Of a stretch of 64,000 nt of DNA, positions 28,894 to 37,391 are shown in pieces (position 1 is the stretch's first letter; every line of letters begins with the position of its first letter). The notes beneath the pieces were generated by a model, which was not told where the DNA came from, did not search any database, and saw only the letters and a program-made list of their open reading frames with translations. The position numbers were made by a program, and so were the translations under genes. The stretch is from Rubrobacter sp. (GTDB lineage Bacteria; Actinomycetota; Rubrobacteria; Rubrobacterales; Rubrobacteraceae), in assembly GCA_013697825.1 (NCBI GenBank), contig JACCWD010000090.1, positions 1,318 to 65,317 on the forward strand. The letters run 5' to 3'.

Positions 28894-29135
28894 GGTCGCT
28901 TCGCTCTGGGGAGTCGGGAGGTCGCGTCGCTCCGCTCGCTTCGGGAGTCGGGAGTCGGAAAAAGCCCGGAAGCGAAGTCTCTCGACGCGGACGCATCCCA
29001 CCGAGTCCGGCGCGAGCCTCCCGGAAGGCGAGGCCGAAGCGTCGAGGCAAAGAAAGCCGGGAACCCCCCGACCCACGACTCCCGAAGCGGAGCGACGAAG
29101 GCGAAGCCGGGTACGGAGCGGAGCGCCCCCCGACT
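28894..29135. repeat. Heptamer-array inverted-repeat element, ~240-bp form (GGGAGTC words)
   Basis: GGTCGCTTCGC.., CGCTCGCTTCGGGAGTCGGGAGTCGG, CTCTCGAC, ... CGACTCCCGAAGCGGAGCGAC, ... CCCCCCGACTCCCGG. Homologous to 37003-37240 and 56695-56915. Confidence 0.7.
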
Positions 29136-29146
29136 CCCGGTACTTC

Positions 29147-29929
29147 TCATCCTTTCGCCCACGAGCGGAGGACACGGTCGGTGAGGCCGGGGAAATGTCC
29201 CACGGCGGCGGCGAAGACGCGATCGTGGAAGGATACGAATACATCGCGGGAACCCTTTTCGGCGGCCCGGATTATCTTCTCGGCGACCTTCTCCGGCGGC
29301 ACGCCCGAGGGGCGCCATCCGCGCTTCTCGTTCGAGGTTCGCCGCGAGTTGTCCCGGAAGGAAGTCTGTGTCGTTCCGGGGTACACGGTCGAGACGGTGA
29401 CGCCGCGCGAGGCGAGTTCCACGCGCATCGCGTCGGAGAGGGCGTTCAGTGCGAACTTCGAAGCCGAGTATCCGCCGACCATCGGGATGGCGCGGAGTCC
29501 GACGACCGAGGAGACGTTTATGACGCGACCGCCGCGCTCCATGAGCGGAAGCGCGGCTTGAACGCAGTTCACCGCCCCGATCACGTTCACCTCGAAAACA
29601 TACCGGAGGTCGTCGACGCGAAGCTCGGAAACGCGCCCCGAAAGCCCGAGGCCCGCGTTGTTCACGAGTATGTCCACGGAGCCGAAGGCGGACATCGCCG
29701 CATCCACCATATTCTCGACGGAGGCTTTATCCGCGACATCCGTCTCGACGGCGAGGGCGTGGCCTCCGGAGGCGGAGATCGACCTTTCGAGGGCGTATAT
29801 CTTCCCGGCGTTCCGGGCGGCGATGACGACGGAGGCGCCGCGGCGGGCGAACTCGCGGGCCGCAACCTCCCCGATGCCGCTCGACGCTCCGGTTATGATC
29901 GCCGTCTTTCCTGCCAGGTTTTTGTCCAT
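29147..29929 (-). CDS. SDR family oxidoreductase
   Basis: TGASSGIG cofactor motif, NNAG, and catalytic YSASK. 260 aa. Confidence 0.9.
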   Translation of the reverse strand: MDKNLAGKTAIITGASSGIGEVAAREFARRGASVVIAARNAGKIYALERSISASGGHALAVETDVADKASVENMVDAAMSAFGSVDILVNNAGLGLSGRVSELRVDDLRYVFEVNVIGAVNCVQAALPLMERGGRVINVSSVVGLRAIPMVGGYSASKFALNALSDAMRVELASRGVTVSTVYPGTTQTSFRDNSRRTSNEKRGWRPSGVPPEKVAEKIIRAAEKGSRDVFVSFHDRVFAAAVGHFPGLTDRVLRSWAKG

Positions 29930-29967
29930 GATCTCCCGTCGGGTTCGGAAACTCCCCGTAACTTAGC

Positions 29968-29993
29968 AAAAAATACGTAGTTTGAGTGATGTG
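29968..29993 (+). promoter_or_regulatory. Conserved upstream motif, copy a (AAAAAATACGTAGTTTGAGTGATGTG)
   Basis: Near-identical to the reverse complement of 36512-36536. Lies 40-70 nt upstream of, and co-oriented with, the RDD gene. Confidence 0.4.
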
Positions 29994-30034
29994 GGAAACG
30001 TGTTTCGGGTTCATCATTTAGGAAGGCGTATTGT

Positions 30035-30511
30035 GTGTGGGCGAACAAAGGAGAAAAGGTCATGGCCGAAGTAACGGGAACGCCAGTCGCGACGATGGAA
30101 GTCCACGTCACGGGTCGGAGGGTCATCTCGACTATCGTGGACGGCATAATTTTGGGCATCGTCTTCGCCATACTCTCGATACTCTTCGGAGAAACATCGG
30201 CGAGCGGCGGGAGCGCGAACGCCTCGCTCGGGACGCTCGGGACGCTTCTCCTCACGGTTCTCAGCCTCGCGTACTTCATCGTCATGGAAGGTTATATGGG
30301 ACAGACGGTCGGGAAGATGGTCGCGGGCATCAAAGTAGTCCGGGAGGGCACGGGCGAGGCTCCGGGCCTCGGGAAGGCGGCCATACGGACGGTGCTTCGC
30401 ATTATTGACGGCTTGTTCGTATACCTCGTCGCGTTCATCGTCGTCCTCATCTCGGGCAAAAATCAGCGGCTCGGCGACATGGCCGCCGAAACCCTCGTGG
30501 TTCGCAAGTAA
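30035..30511 (+). CDS. RDD family membrane protein
   Basis: Three TM helices with the GQTVGKMVAGIKVV and RLGDMAAETLVV pattern. The start could instead be the ATG at 30062. Confidence 0.75.
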   Translation: MWANKGEKVMAEVTGTPVATMEVHVTGRRVISTIVDGIILGIVFAILSILFGETSASGGSANASLGTLGTLLLTVLSLAYFIVMEGYMGQTVGKMVAGIKVVREGTGEAPGLGKAAIRTVLRIIDGLFVYLVAFIVVLISGKNQRLGDMAAETLVVRK

Positions 30512-30536
30512 AAGCAAAGCTGAAAAACCTCTCTCG

Positions 30537-30586
30537 AAGCCGGGGACTTTTTAGTTTCCCGGCTTTTCTTTTTCCTTTTTTCCGGT
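30537..30586 (+). terminator. Rho-independent terminator after the RDD gene
   Basis: AAGCCGGG / CCCGGCTT stem followed by the TTTTCTTTTTCCTTTTTT tract. Confidence 0.55.
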
Positions 30587-30759
30587 TTTCGTTAAAGTCG
30601 GTCGTGCTTTGTGCCGATAAACATTTCCAAAGACGGCCACGGACCCGAAACCCCGACCCATCTCTTCGAGATCTCCTTTCCCCGGGGCCACCGTCTATTT
30701 CGAGGGAGCCGACCGATCACCCCCCGGCTCCCTTCCTCGTTCTCGGGTATATTGCGTTT

Positions 30760-31317
30760 ATGGAGAGAGCGAAGATCCTCGTGTGCGTAACGGGCGGCAT
30801 CGCCGCATACAAAGCGCCCGGCATCATACGTCGGCTGCGCGAAGCGAACCACGAAGTCCGCGTCGCCGCCACGAAAGCCGCCTTCCGCTTCATCCCCGAA
30901 GAAACCCTCTCCATCGCCGCCGGAGGAAAGGTGCATACGGACGAGACGTGGTGGGAGGAATCAGGGCGCGTCGAACACGTCTCACTCGCCCGATGGGCCG
31001 ACCTCGTACTCGTCGCCCCCGCCACCGCCGATTCGATGGCGAGGGCGGCCATCGGCCTCGGGGACGACCTCGTATCGTCGACCGTCCTCGCGGGCGCGAA
31101 GAAGGTTTTGTGGGCGTCCGCGATGAACCCGGAGATGTGGGCGAACCCGGCGACGCGGCGAAACGTCGAGACTTTGAAAGGGTGGGGGCATCGTTTCGTC
31201 GGCCCCGCCGAAGGACTCATGGCCTCCGCCGAGGAGCTTCCCGGCTTCGGTCGGCTCGCGGAGGAGGCGGATATCGCGGCGGCGGCGGAGGAAGCCCTCG
31301 GCGATACGGCTCGCTAA
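30760..31317 (+). CDS. coaC: Flavoprotein, phosphopantothenoylcysteine decarboxylase-like (CoaC domain only)
   Basis: ILVCVTGGIAAYKAPGIIRRL start and PATADSMAR motif. 185 aa with no CoaB half. Start set at MERAKIL. Confidence 0.75.
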   Translation: MERAKILVCVTGGIAAYKAPGIIRRLREANHEVRVAATKAAFRFIPEETLSIAAGGKVHTDETWWEESGRVEHVSLARWADLVLVAPATADSMARAAIGLGDDLVSSTVLAGAKKVLWASAMNPEMWANPATRRNVETLKGWGHRFVGPAEGLMASAEELPGFGRLAEEADIAAAAEEALGDTAR

Positions 31318-31817
31318 GTTCCCCGCAAATAGTCGGTGAGAGCGTCCTTCGTGCTCGGGAAAGCGATGTCGGCCCACGGGATCTCGTCCTTCGCAAACGC
31401 CTTCACATCCATCGTCTCGTCGAGCGGGGCGAGTTCTCCGCCGACGACGTTCGCGGCGAAGGAGGCGATGGCCGGGATTTGCCCGTCGTACGAATAAAGC
31501 CCGATGAGTCCCGTAACCTCGACCTCCACCCCCGTCTCCTCGAACGCCTCCCGCTCGGCGGCGGCCTCGGCTCTTTCACCGCGCTCGACGAAACCGCCGG
31601 GGTATGTCCACAAACCGTATCCCGGCTCGATGGCTCTTTGTGTGAGGACGATCCCGCCGTCCATCTCGAACAATGCTCCGGCGACGAGCTTCGGCCCGAG
31701 GTAAAAAACGAAGCCGCACGAAGGACATACGAGGCGTTCGGGTTCGCCGTCCTTTATGATCTTCTCGTCGAAGGGGGTGGCGCACCGGGGGCAGAATTTG
31801 TATTCGGGGGGGTTCAT
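31314..31817 (-). CDS. NUDIX hydrolase with N-terminal zinc ribbon
   Basis: CPRC...CPSC ribbon followed by the Nudix box GGFVERGERAEAAAEREAFEETG. Confidence 0.85.
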   Translation of the reverse strand: MNPPEYKFCPRCATPFDEKIIKDGEPERLVCPSCGFVFYLGPKLVAGALFEMDGGIVLTQRAIEPGYGLWTYPGGFVERGERAEAAAEREAFEETGVEVEVTGLIGLYSYDGQIPAIASFAANVVGGELAPLDETMDVKAFAKDEIPWADIAFPSTKDALTDYLRGT

Positions 31818-31841
31818 GTAATCGTTAGTGACAAAATGTTC

Positions 31842-32222
31842 CTACAACTTTCCCAGATCGGAAATCACCTGTTTGGCTAAACCCATAGAGAGAATTGTAT
31901 CGTTGGATAGACTTGGCATCGCGTCGTCATAGTCTGCTTTATTGCGCTTTTCCCGTAGCCGATCAAGGTTCCTTCCGACGCTTCGCCACACATTGTCTTG
32001 GCTGTTCCCAAACTCCCGCTTCACTTGTCCATGAACAGCGGCTCCCTTAGAAATAGGGATGCCTTCGACATCGCGCAGATAGTTTCGTGATCGGCAAAAA
32101 GCGGCATAGTAAGCTCTGCTGATCGCGGCGCGGGACTTGGCTTCCTGCCCGGAAGAAGCGGACGGGTTTTGTCCGGTCAGTTCCTGTGCCAGGCTGAAAT
32201 ATTCAGTCCAGTCGAAGCTCAT
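31842..32222 (-). CDS. HEPN-like all-helical protein (tentative)
   Basis: 126 aa. The ISRAYYAAF helix and LREKRNKADYD motif resemble HEPN-domain proteins (from memory). Low-GC DNA; overlaps the upstream ORF by 4 nt. Confidence 0.45.
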   Translation of the reverse strand: MSFDWTEYFSLAQELTGQNPSASSGQEAKSRAAISRAYYAAFCRSRNYLRDVEGIPISKGAAVHGQVKREFGNSQDNVWRSVGRNLDRLREKRNKADYDDAMPSLSNDTILSMGLAKQVISDLGKL

Positions 32223-32743
32223 TCAAACTCTACGGATACGATCAGGCTCTTCTCAAGCCAACTCGGAATACCCGGCCACCATTCCTCGTCGAACTTCCCT
32301 AGAAGCTCGAGTGCCTCATCGGCAGCATAATCGACGGCGACGAATACACCCAGTCTCTCGTCCTCGAATTCCGGGTCGGCGACAACTTCAAGATATATCC
32401 TCCGAGTCCCAAAATGCCTCCACAGAACAGGATACATGCGCAGCAGGTAAGGAAACAAGGGCTTTTCCTTGCTCAGGAAGCGCAGTATTTCCGTTGAATC
32501 CCTCAAATGATAAAAGCGTTCGAGAGTTCTCTGACCTGCCTCCGCGGCGCGGACTCGCGATGATCCGATGTTTTCCCAGGCATCTCTCTTGAAGGGGGGT
32601 TCTGTCGAGAGCTCCATCCTGACAGTCGAAACGGATCCTGTTTCAGCGATTGGAGGGCTGAAACGCGAAGCACGCACAGAGAATGCATGCGGCTCCATCT
32701 CATTCCATCGCGCAGCTTCGTTGGATCTTGCGATTACGGGCAT
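32219..32743 (-). CDS. Hypothetical protein (middle gene of the low-GC islet)
   Basis: 174-aa ORF whose start abuts the upstream gene's stop and whose stop overlaps the downstream start. No recognisable motif. Confidence 0.45.
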   Translation of the reverse strand: MPVIARSNEAARWNEMEPHAFSVRASRFSPPIAETGSVSTVRMELSTEPPFKRDAWENIGSSRVRAAEAGQRTLERFYHLRDSTEILRFLSKEKPLFPYLLRMYPVLWRHFGTRRIYLEVVADPEFEDERLGVFVAVDYAADEALELLGKFDEEWWPGIPSWLEKSLIVSVEFE

Positions 32744-33469
32744 CTACTTCTCCATCTCCTCGAACGTCTGCTTCAGGCTCTCCGTAAGGCACGCTTCAAA
32801 TGCTTCCTCCACATTGCCGTGAGCCACCTCGACCCAGTCAAAGATGCTTTCCAGCTCTATCTTCTCCGGCTCAAGGAGGACGTAATCGAGATCGAGCGTT
32901 GCGCGAATCGGCCCATTCTCTTCAGATCCAGAACCCCGGATCTCGACTTTTAGAATGTCCCGCGACTCTGCGTAGGGGATTTGAATCCCGGCAATGAACG
33001 TGTCAGTTTCTCTAGGCAAGCTCATTCCGACAAAAGGCCGCAAATTAAAGTAACTTTGCAGATTCTCAAAGCCTCCCCAGACTTCCATTTCGTTGATGTA
33101 TCGCAGATCCACGCTCCGAAGAGACTTTGGCCCGACTACTTTGCGGTATGCATCGAACCCTTGCTTTATCATTGGCAGAAATTCTTCCCATGTCGGATAA
33201 GGCTTCAGATGACTGACGGACAAAACACTCGCCCCCACTAAAATAGCCGCTTTTTCATCCTCACGCAGGAATCTGATCGCGTCGCTATACGGGAAGCCTA
33301 TGTCGCGCCCTTCGACATCAAGTACTCTCCACGGCTCTCTTTTCGGAAAGTGGCTCCGAAGCTCTTCATAAGCAAGGCCCGGCATGACGAGATCCCAGAC
33401 GGCGTCCGGCTCGAAATGGAATTCGCACAGAGCCTCGACAATCGGAGGCTTCCCGTACTTTTTGCCCAT
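32744..33469 (-). CDS. TIGR04255-like family protein (tentative)
   Basis: The N-terminal KYGKPPIVEALCEFHF resembles the signature start of the TIGR04255 family as I recall it. Start set at MGKKYG. Confidence 0.5.
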   Translation of the reverse strand: MGKKYGKPPIVEALCEFHFEPDAVWDLVMPGLAYEELRSHFPKREPWRVLDVEGRDIGFPYSDAIRFLREDEKAAILVGASVLSVSHLKPYPTWEEFLPMIKQGFDAYRKVVGPKSLRSVDLRYINEMEVWGGFENLQSYFNLRPFVGMSLPRETDTFIAGIQIPYAESRDILKVEIRGSGSEENGPIRATLDLDYVLLEPEKIELESIFDWVEVAHGNVEEAFEACLTESLKQTFEEMEK

Positions 33470-33559
33470 TGACTCGTTTCTCCCTTTACGAACTTCGCCT
33501 TTTTCACAATATAACCCAGACACTAGCCTCACGCTCGTCATGGTAAAATCCCCACCTGC

Positions 33560-33632
33560 GCGGACGTAGCTCAGTCGGTAGAGCGCCAGCTTCCCAAGCT
33601 GGAGGTCGCGGGTTCGAAGCCCGTCGTCCGCT
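33560..33632 (+). tRNA. tRNA-Gly (anticodon CCC)
   Basis: Hand-folded. Acceptor GCGGACG/CGTCCGC, D arm TAGCTCAGTCGGTAGAGC, anticodon stem CCAGC/GCTGG with loop TTCCCAA, T arm GCGGGTTCGAAGCCCGT. Confidence 0.9.
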
Positions 33633-33660
33633 CGGTTTTAGCGGGTCAGCCAGTCAGCTT

Positions 33661-36316
33661 TCAGCTTTTCTCGTTCCCACATCTCCCGGTTTGCGCCGCA
33701 CCCGGACGAAGGATCTTGACGTTTTGCCCGCCGCCCCTCGGCGGCGGTGTCGCATGGAACCGCCGCGACGATGCGTTCGCCACGTTGTCCCGGTCGCCGG
33801 GGAAGCGAACTTGAACGAGGTAGTTTCCCCGCGCCGGAACCCGGTACACGAACCGATACCGACCTTGCCCATCCAGACCGACCCTCCGGCTCACCACCAC
33901 CTTCCCGCCGCGGCGGATGGTGAGGACGGCGAAGCTCGTCTTCACGGGCCGCACGGCCCCCGCGACAACGACCCCTTGCCCCGGACGCGCGACGCTCCGC
34001 GAGAGGCGGAGGTTCACGAGCGCCCGCACGTTCACCCCCACCGCCGAAGCGGACGGGCGATTCTCCCCGTCGCCCATGAAGCGCGCCCGGAACACGGCAT
34101 TACTCGGCGGGGAGACGCGCGCGGAGAACACCCCGCTCCCGTTCGTCCTCGCCGCGCCCACGCGCCGGAATTCGCCCTCGCCCGCGAGGCGGCGCTCGAT
34201 GATGATCTCCGCGTTCGGGATGGCTCGTCCGCCGTCATCCACGAGTCCTCCGCCGAGGCCGACGCTTTGGGGGAAGACGATGAGGCTCCTCGCCGTGGCG
34301 AGGGTGAGGGAGGTGTCCGTCGGGTCGGCGGGGGGAGGAGCCGCCTCCACGAACTTCGTGAGGGTGGTGGCGACGTTGTTCGACTCGTCGGTGTCGGATT
34401 CGGCGGCGGAGACGGTCGCCGTGTTTGTGAGGTCTTCCGAGCCGAGAACCCTCACGGTGATGACCGCCACCGTCCTCGACCCGCCCGAGGCGAGCGGGCC
34501 TCCGGCGGAGCACGTCACGGTTTGCCCGCTCTCCTCCTCCCCCGTGAACGAACATATGCCGTTCAAAATGAGGATCTCGACATTCGGGGGAAGCTCGCTC
34601 ACGACCTCGCCCCCCGTGGAGGTCGAAGGCCCGTTGTTTTTCACGTCCACCGTCCACGAAAGCTCGTCCCCGCGCTCCACGCTCTCCTCGGAGGCCGTCA
34701 TCGAGATCTCGACGTCGGCGACGGGCCGGACGGTCGTCGTGGCCTCGGCGGAACTATTTTCCGGGTCGGGGTCGGGTGTCCGGGAATGGACGGTGGCGGT
34801 GTTCGTGAACTCGCCCGGCCCGATGGGACGGACGACGATCTCGACCCCCCTCGACTCTCCGCTCGGGATGTCCCCCGCCTCGCATGCGACCATGCCGCCC
34901 GACTCCGCGCACCCGGAGGAAGCGGACACGAAATCCACGCCCTCGGGAAGTATGTCTTCGATCCCCGCGTCGAGCGCGGCGTCGGGGCCGCCGTTCGTCG
35001 CCGTGAGTTTGTACGTGATCTTCCCTCCTTCGAGGCCCGGGTCGGGGGAAGCCTCCTTTTTCAGCGAGAGGTCGGCTGAGATCGCCGCATTCACGAGAAG
35101 CGAAACGGTGTCCCCGTCGAAGTTCGAGACGGCGATGTCCTCGAAGCCGTCGCCGTTCACATCCGCGACCGTCGCGGACAACGGCCCCTCCCCGACGGCG
35201 AAATCCCTCCGATCCGAGAAAGCTCCCATCCCGTCGCCGCGAAGAACCGAGACGGTGTTTCCCGGCGCGTTCGGTATCCCCCGATTCACGACCGCGAGGT
35301 CTTCGTGTCCGTCGGCGTCGAAGTCTCCAGTGGCGAGGTGGAAGGGGAAACTCCCGATCCCGAAAGTCCGCTGCGAGCCGAATGTTCCATCGCCCACTCC
35401 CAAAAGGATCGAGACGTTGTTGCTCGCGACCCCCCCGTTCGTGACGGCGAGGTCGGGGTTTCCGTCCTCGTTAAAGTCGGTCGGCGACGATCTCCGTGGG
35501 AAGCGACCCCACACCGAACGAAACGGCTCCCCCGAAGCCCCTCATACCGTCGCCGAGGAGGACGGAGGCGGTGTTCGCGAAGCTGCTCACGGCGGCGAGG
35601 TCGAGGTTCCCGTCGCCGTCGAAGTCCGCGACGACGACCCCTTGCGGAGTGTGGCGCACTTCGCTTCCCGACGGAGCCGCCGACAAAGAAACCGCCGCCT
35701 CGAAAGTTCCGTCTCCCTTTCCGAAGAGAGCCGAAATATCACCCGACACACCGCCGCTCCCGGCGTTCGAGGTCACGATGTCGAGGTTTCCGGCGGCGTC
35801 GAGGTCGGCCACCGCCACCGTGTTCGGGTGGTCGCCGACGCGGAACTTCGTCGGAGTTCCGAAAGCCCCATCCCCGTCTCCGAGGAGGATCGAGACGGAG
35901 TCGGGCCGGAATACGTTCGCATCCTCGGTGGTATTCGCCGTCACGATGTCGAGGTTCCCGTCCTCGTCGAAGTCCCCGAGCGCGAGCGCGAGCGGCCCTT
36001 CGATGACGCCGTCGCCGTCGTCCCCGACGGGGAAGCGCCCCTCCGCGCCGAAGCCGCCCCTCCCGTTCCCGAGGCGCACCCCGACGGCGTTATCGGACTG
36101 CTTCACGACGAGGAGATCCCGCTCGCCGTCCCCGTCCACATCGGCGACGACGGACTGCGCGGGCTTGCCGGAAAACGCCACGTCATTCCGGTCGAAGTCC
36201 ACCGCCGCCCACGCCGGCCCCGCAAAGACGAAAAACATCACGGCCATCGCCGCCGCGAAGACCGCGACGGCCACTGTGAACAAAACATGCTTGAGCGAGA
36301 ATATTTCGAACCTCAT
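33661..36316 (-). pseudogene. FG-GAP/VCBS-repeat + DUF11-like surface protein, split by a 4-nt tandem duplication
   Basis: ORFs 35471..36562 (signal/TM, then DFDGDGNLD-type repeats) and 33661..35514 (more FG-GAP repeats, DUF11-like and Ig-like domains) join as ..PTEIVADFNEDGNPDL.. if one CGAC of CGACCGAC (plus strand GTCGGTCG, 35476-35483) is removed. Confidence 0.7.
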
Positions 36317-36511
36317 CGCCCACCCCCGATCCGGGTCGCGGATGAGTTCGCGGCGAGTGCCGTCCTCGTCCCGACGATATGCACATTCATATCCTTTTTT
36401 TCCCCTTCCGTCGTTCCCTGTGCGGCGGAGGGGCGCCCGCTTCTCCAGGTGGAATGCTCCACCGGAGGCCCGGCGACCCGGTCGAGCATCCTCGCATGCT
36501 CCGAAAACCCG

Positions 36512-36536
36512 CACATCGCTCAAACTACGTATTTTT
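36512..36536 (-). promoter_or_regulatory. Conserved upstream motif, copy b (rc AAAAATACGTAGTTTGAGCGATGTG)
   Basis: About 190 nt upstream of, and co-oriented with, the FG-GAP gene start (36316). Confidence 0.4.
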
Positions 36537-36587
36537 CCGGCGTCGAAGAACTTTTCTTTCATCGCCGTCTCCTCGCTCTCCCGAAGT

Positions 36588-36992
36588 TCATACCGGAGTC
36601 ACCAAAAATTCGATCCCGTACCGCCGCGCAATGGCCGAAACCTCTTCCATTTTCGGCATGCCTTCGGGCGGAACGAGAGGCTTTCCGTCCACGCATGGCA
36701 CGCCGACCTCCTCGAAAAACCGCTCCGCCGGGCCGGACGGCGTGAGGATGACGAGGCGCCTCCCGGCCTCACCCCCGACGACGCTCATGCCGTGGACTCT
36801 CCCTCTCGGGATGGATATGCGAGAACCCGCCGAAAGCCTCTCGCCGCCGATCTCATACTCCCCTTCGAGGACGAATGCGAGCGCGTCTTGTGAATGGTGT
36901 ACGAAGGGCGGCGGCGACTTTTCGGGAGCGGTCGCGACCTCCAAAACCGTGTACTCGGGCGCGCGGACTTTGAAGGTGACGAGGCTTCCCAA
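36588..36992 (-). CDS. Cupin domain protein
   Basis: The core PPPFVHHSQDALAFVLEGEYEIGGERL..IPRGRVHG is cupin-like. Start tentatively the TTG at 36992; the longer ORF runs through a repeat element. Confidence 0.55.
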   Translation of the reverse strand: MGSLVTFKVRAPEYTVLEVATAPEKSPPPFVHHSQDALAFVLEGEYEIGGERLSAGSRISIPRGRVHGMSVVGGEAGRRLVILTPSGPAERFFEEVGVPCVDGKPLVPPEGMPKMEEVSAIARRYGIEFLVTPV

Positions 36993-37002
36993 AATCCAAA
37001 GA

Positions 37003-37240
37003 CCGGGAGTCCGGGTCGCTTCGCGACCGGGAAGCGGGAGGCGGGAGGCGCTCGCTTCGCCTTCGGCTCCGCTCGTTTCGGGAGTCGGGATACTCTCGAC
37101 TTTCTCCGCCCGTCCGCATCCGCCCCCGCTCTCGACGGACTCTCGATGGACACGAGCGGCGGCGATGGCGGCGAAGCCTCCGCCGGCATGTATTTCCCGA
37201 CTCCCGACTCCCGGTCTTTCCCCCGACTCCCGGTTTTTTG
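37003..37240. repeat. Heptamer-array inverted-repeat element, ~240-bp form (GGGAGTC words)
   Basis: GGGTCGCTTCGCGACC.., GCTCGTTTCGGGAGTCGGGATACTCTCGAC, ... CATGTATTTCCCGACTCCCGACTCCCGG .. CCCCCGACTCCCGG. Confidence 0.7.
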
Positions 37241-37391
37241 AGCCGTATTCATGCCTCGTCTCCGATCTCGCCGTTTTACGAACTCCATTTTGCGGGCGCG
37301 GGGGATCGAGGGACACGAAAAGCCCCCACCGACTTCCGGCAAAGTTGCGCCCATGCGCGGCGGAATGCATACTTCTTGCGGGAATGCTTTC

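Noticed and set aside
33641-33668. NNTCAGC heptamer array (GTCAGCCAGTCAGCTTTCAGC) just after tRNA-Gly, as a further element copy or att site.
   Set aside because: I found no partner inverted array or conserved terminus nearby, and it overlaps the 3' end of the FG-GAP gene. It is kept only as a possible member in the family finding.
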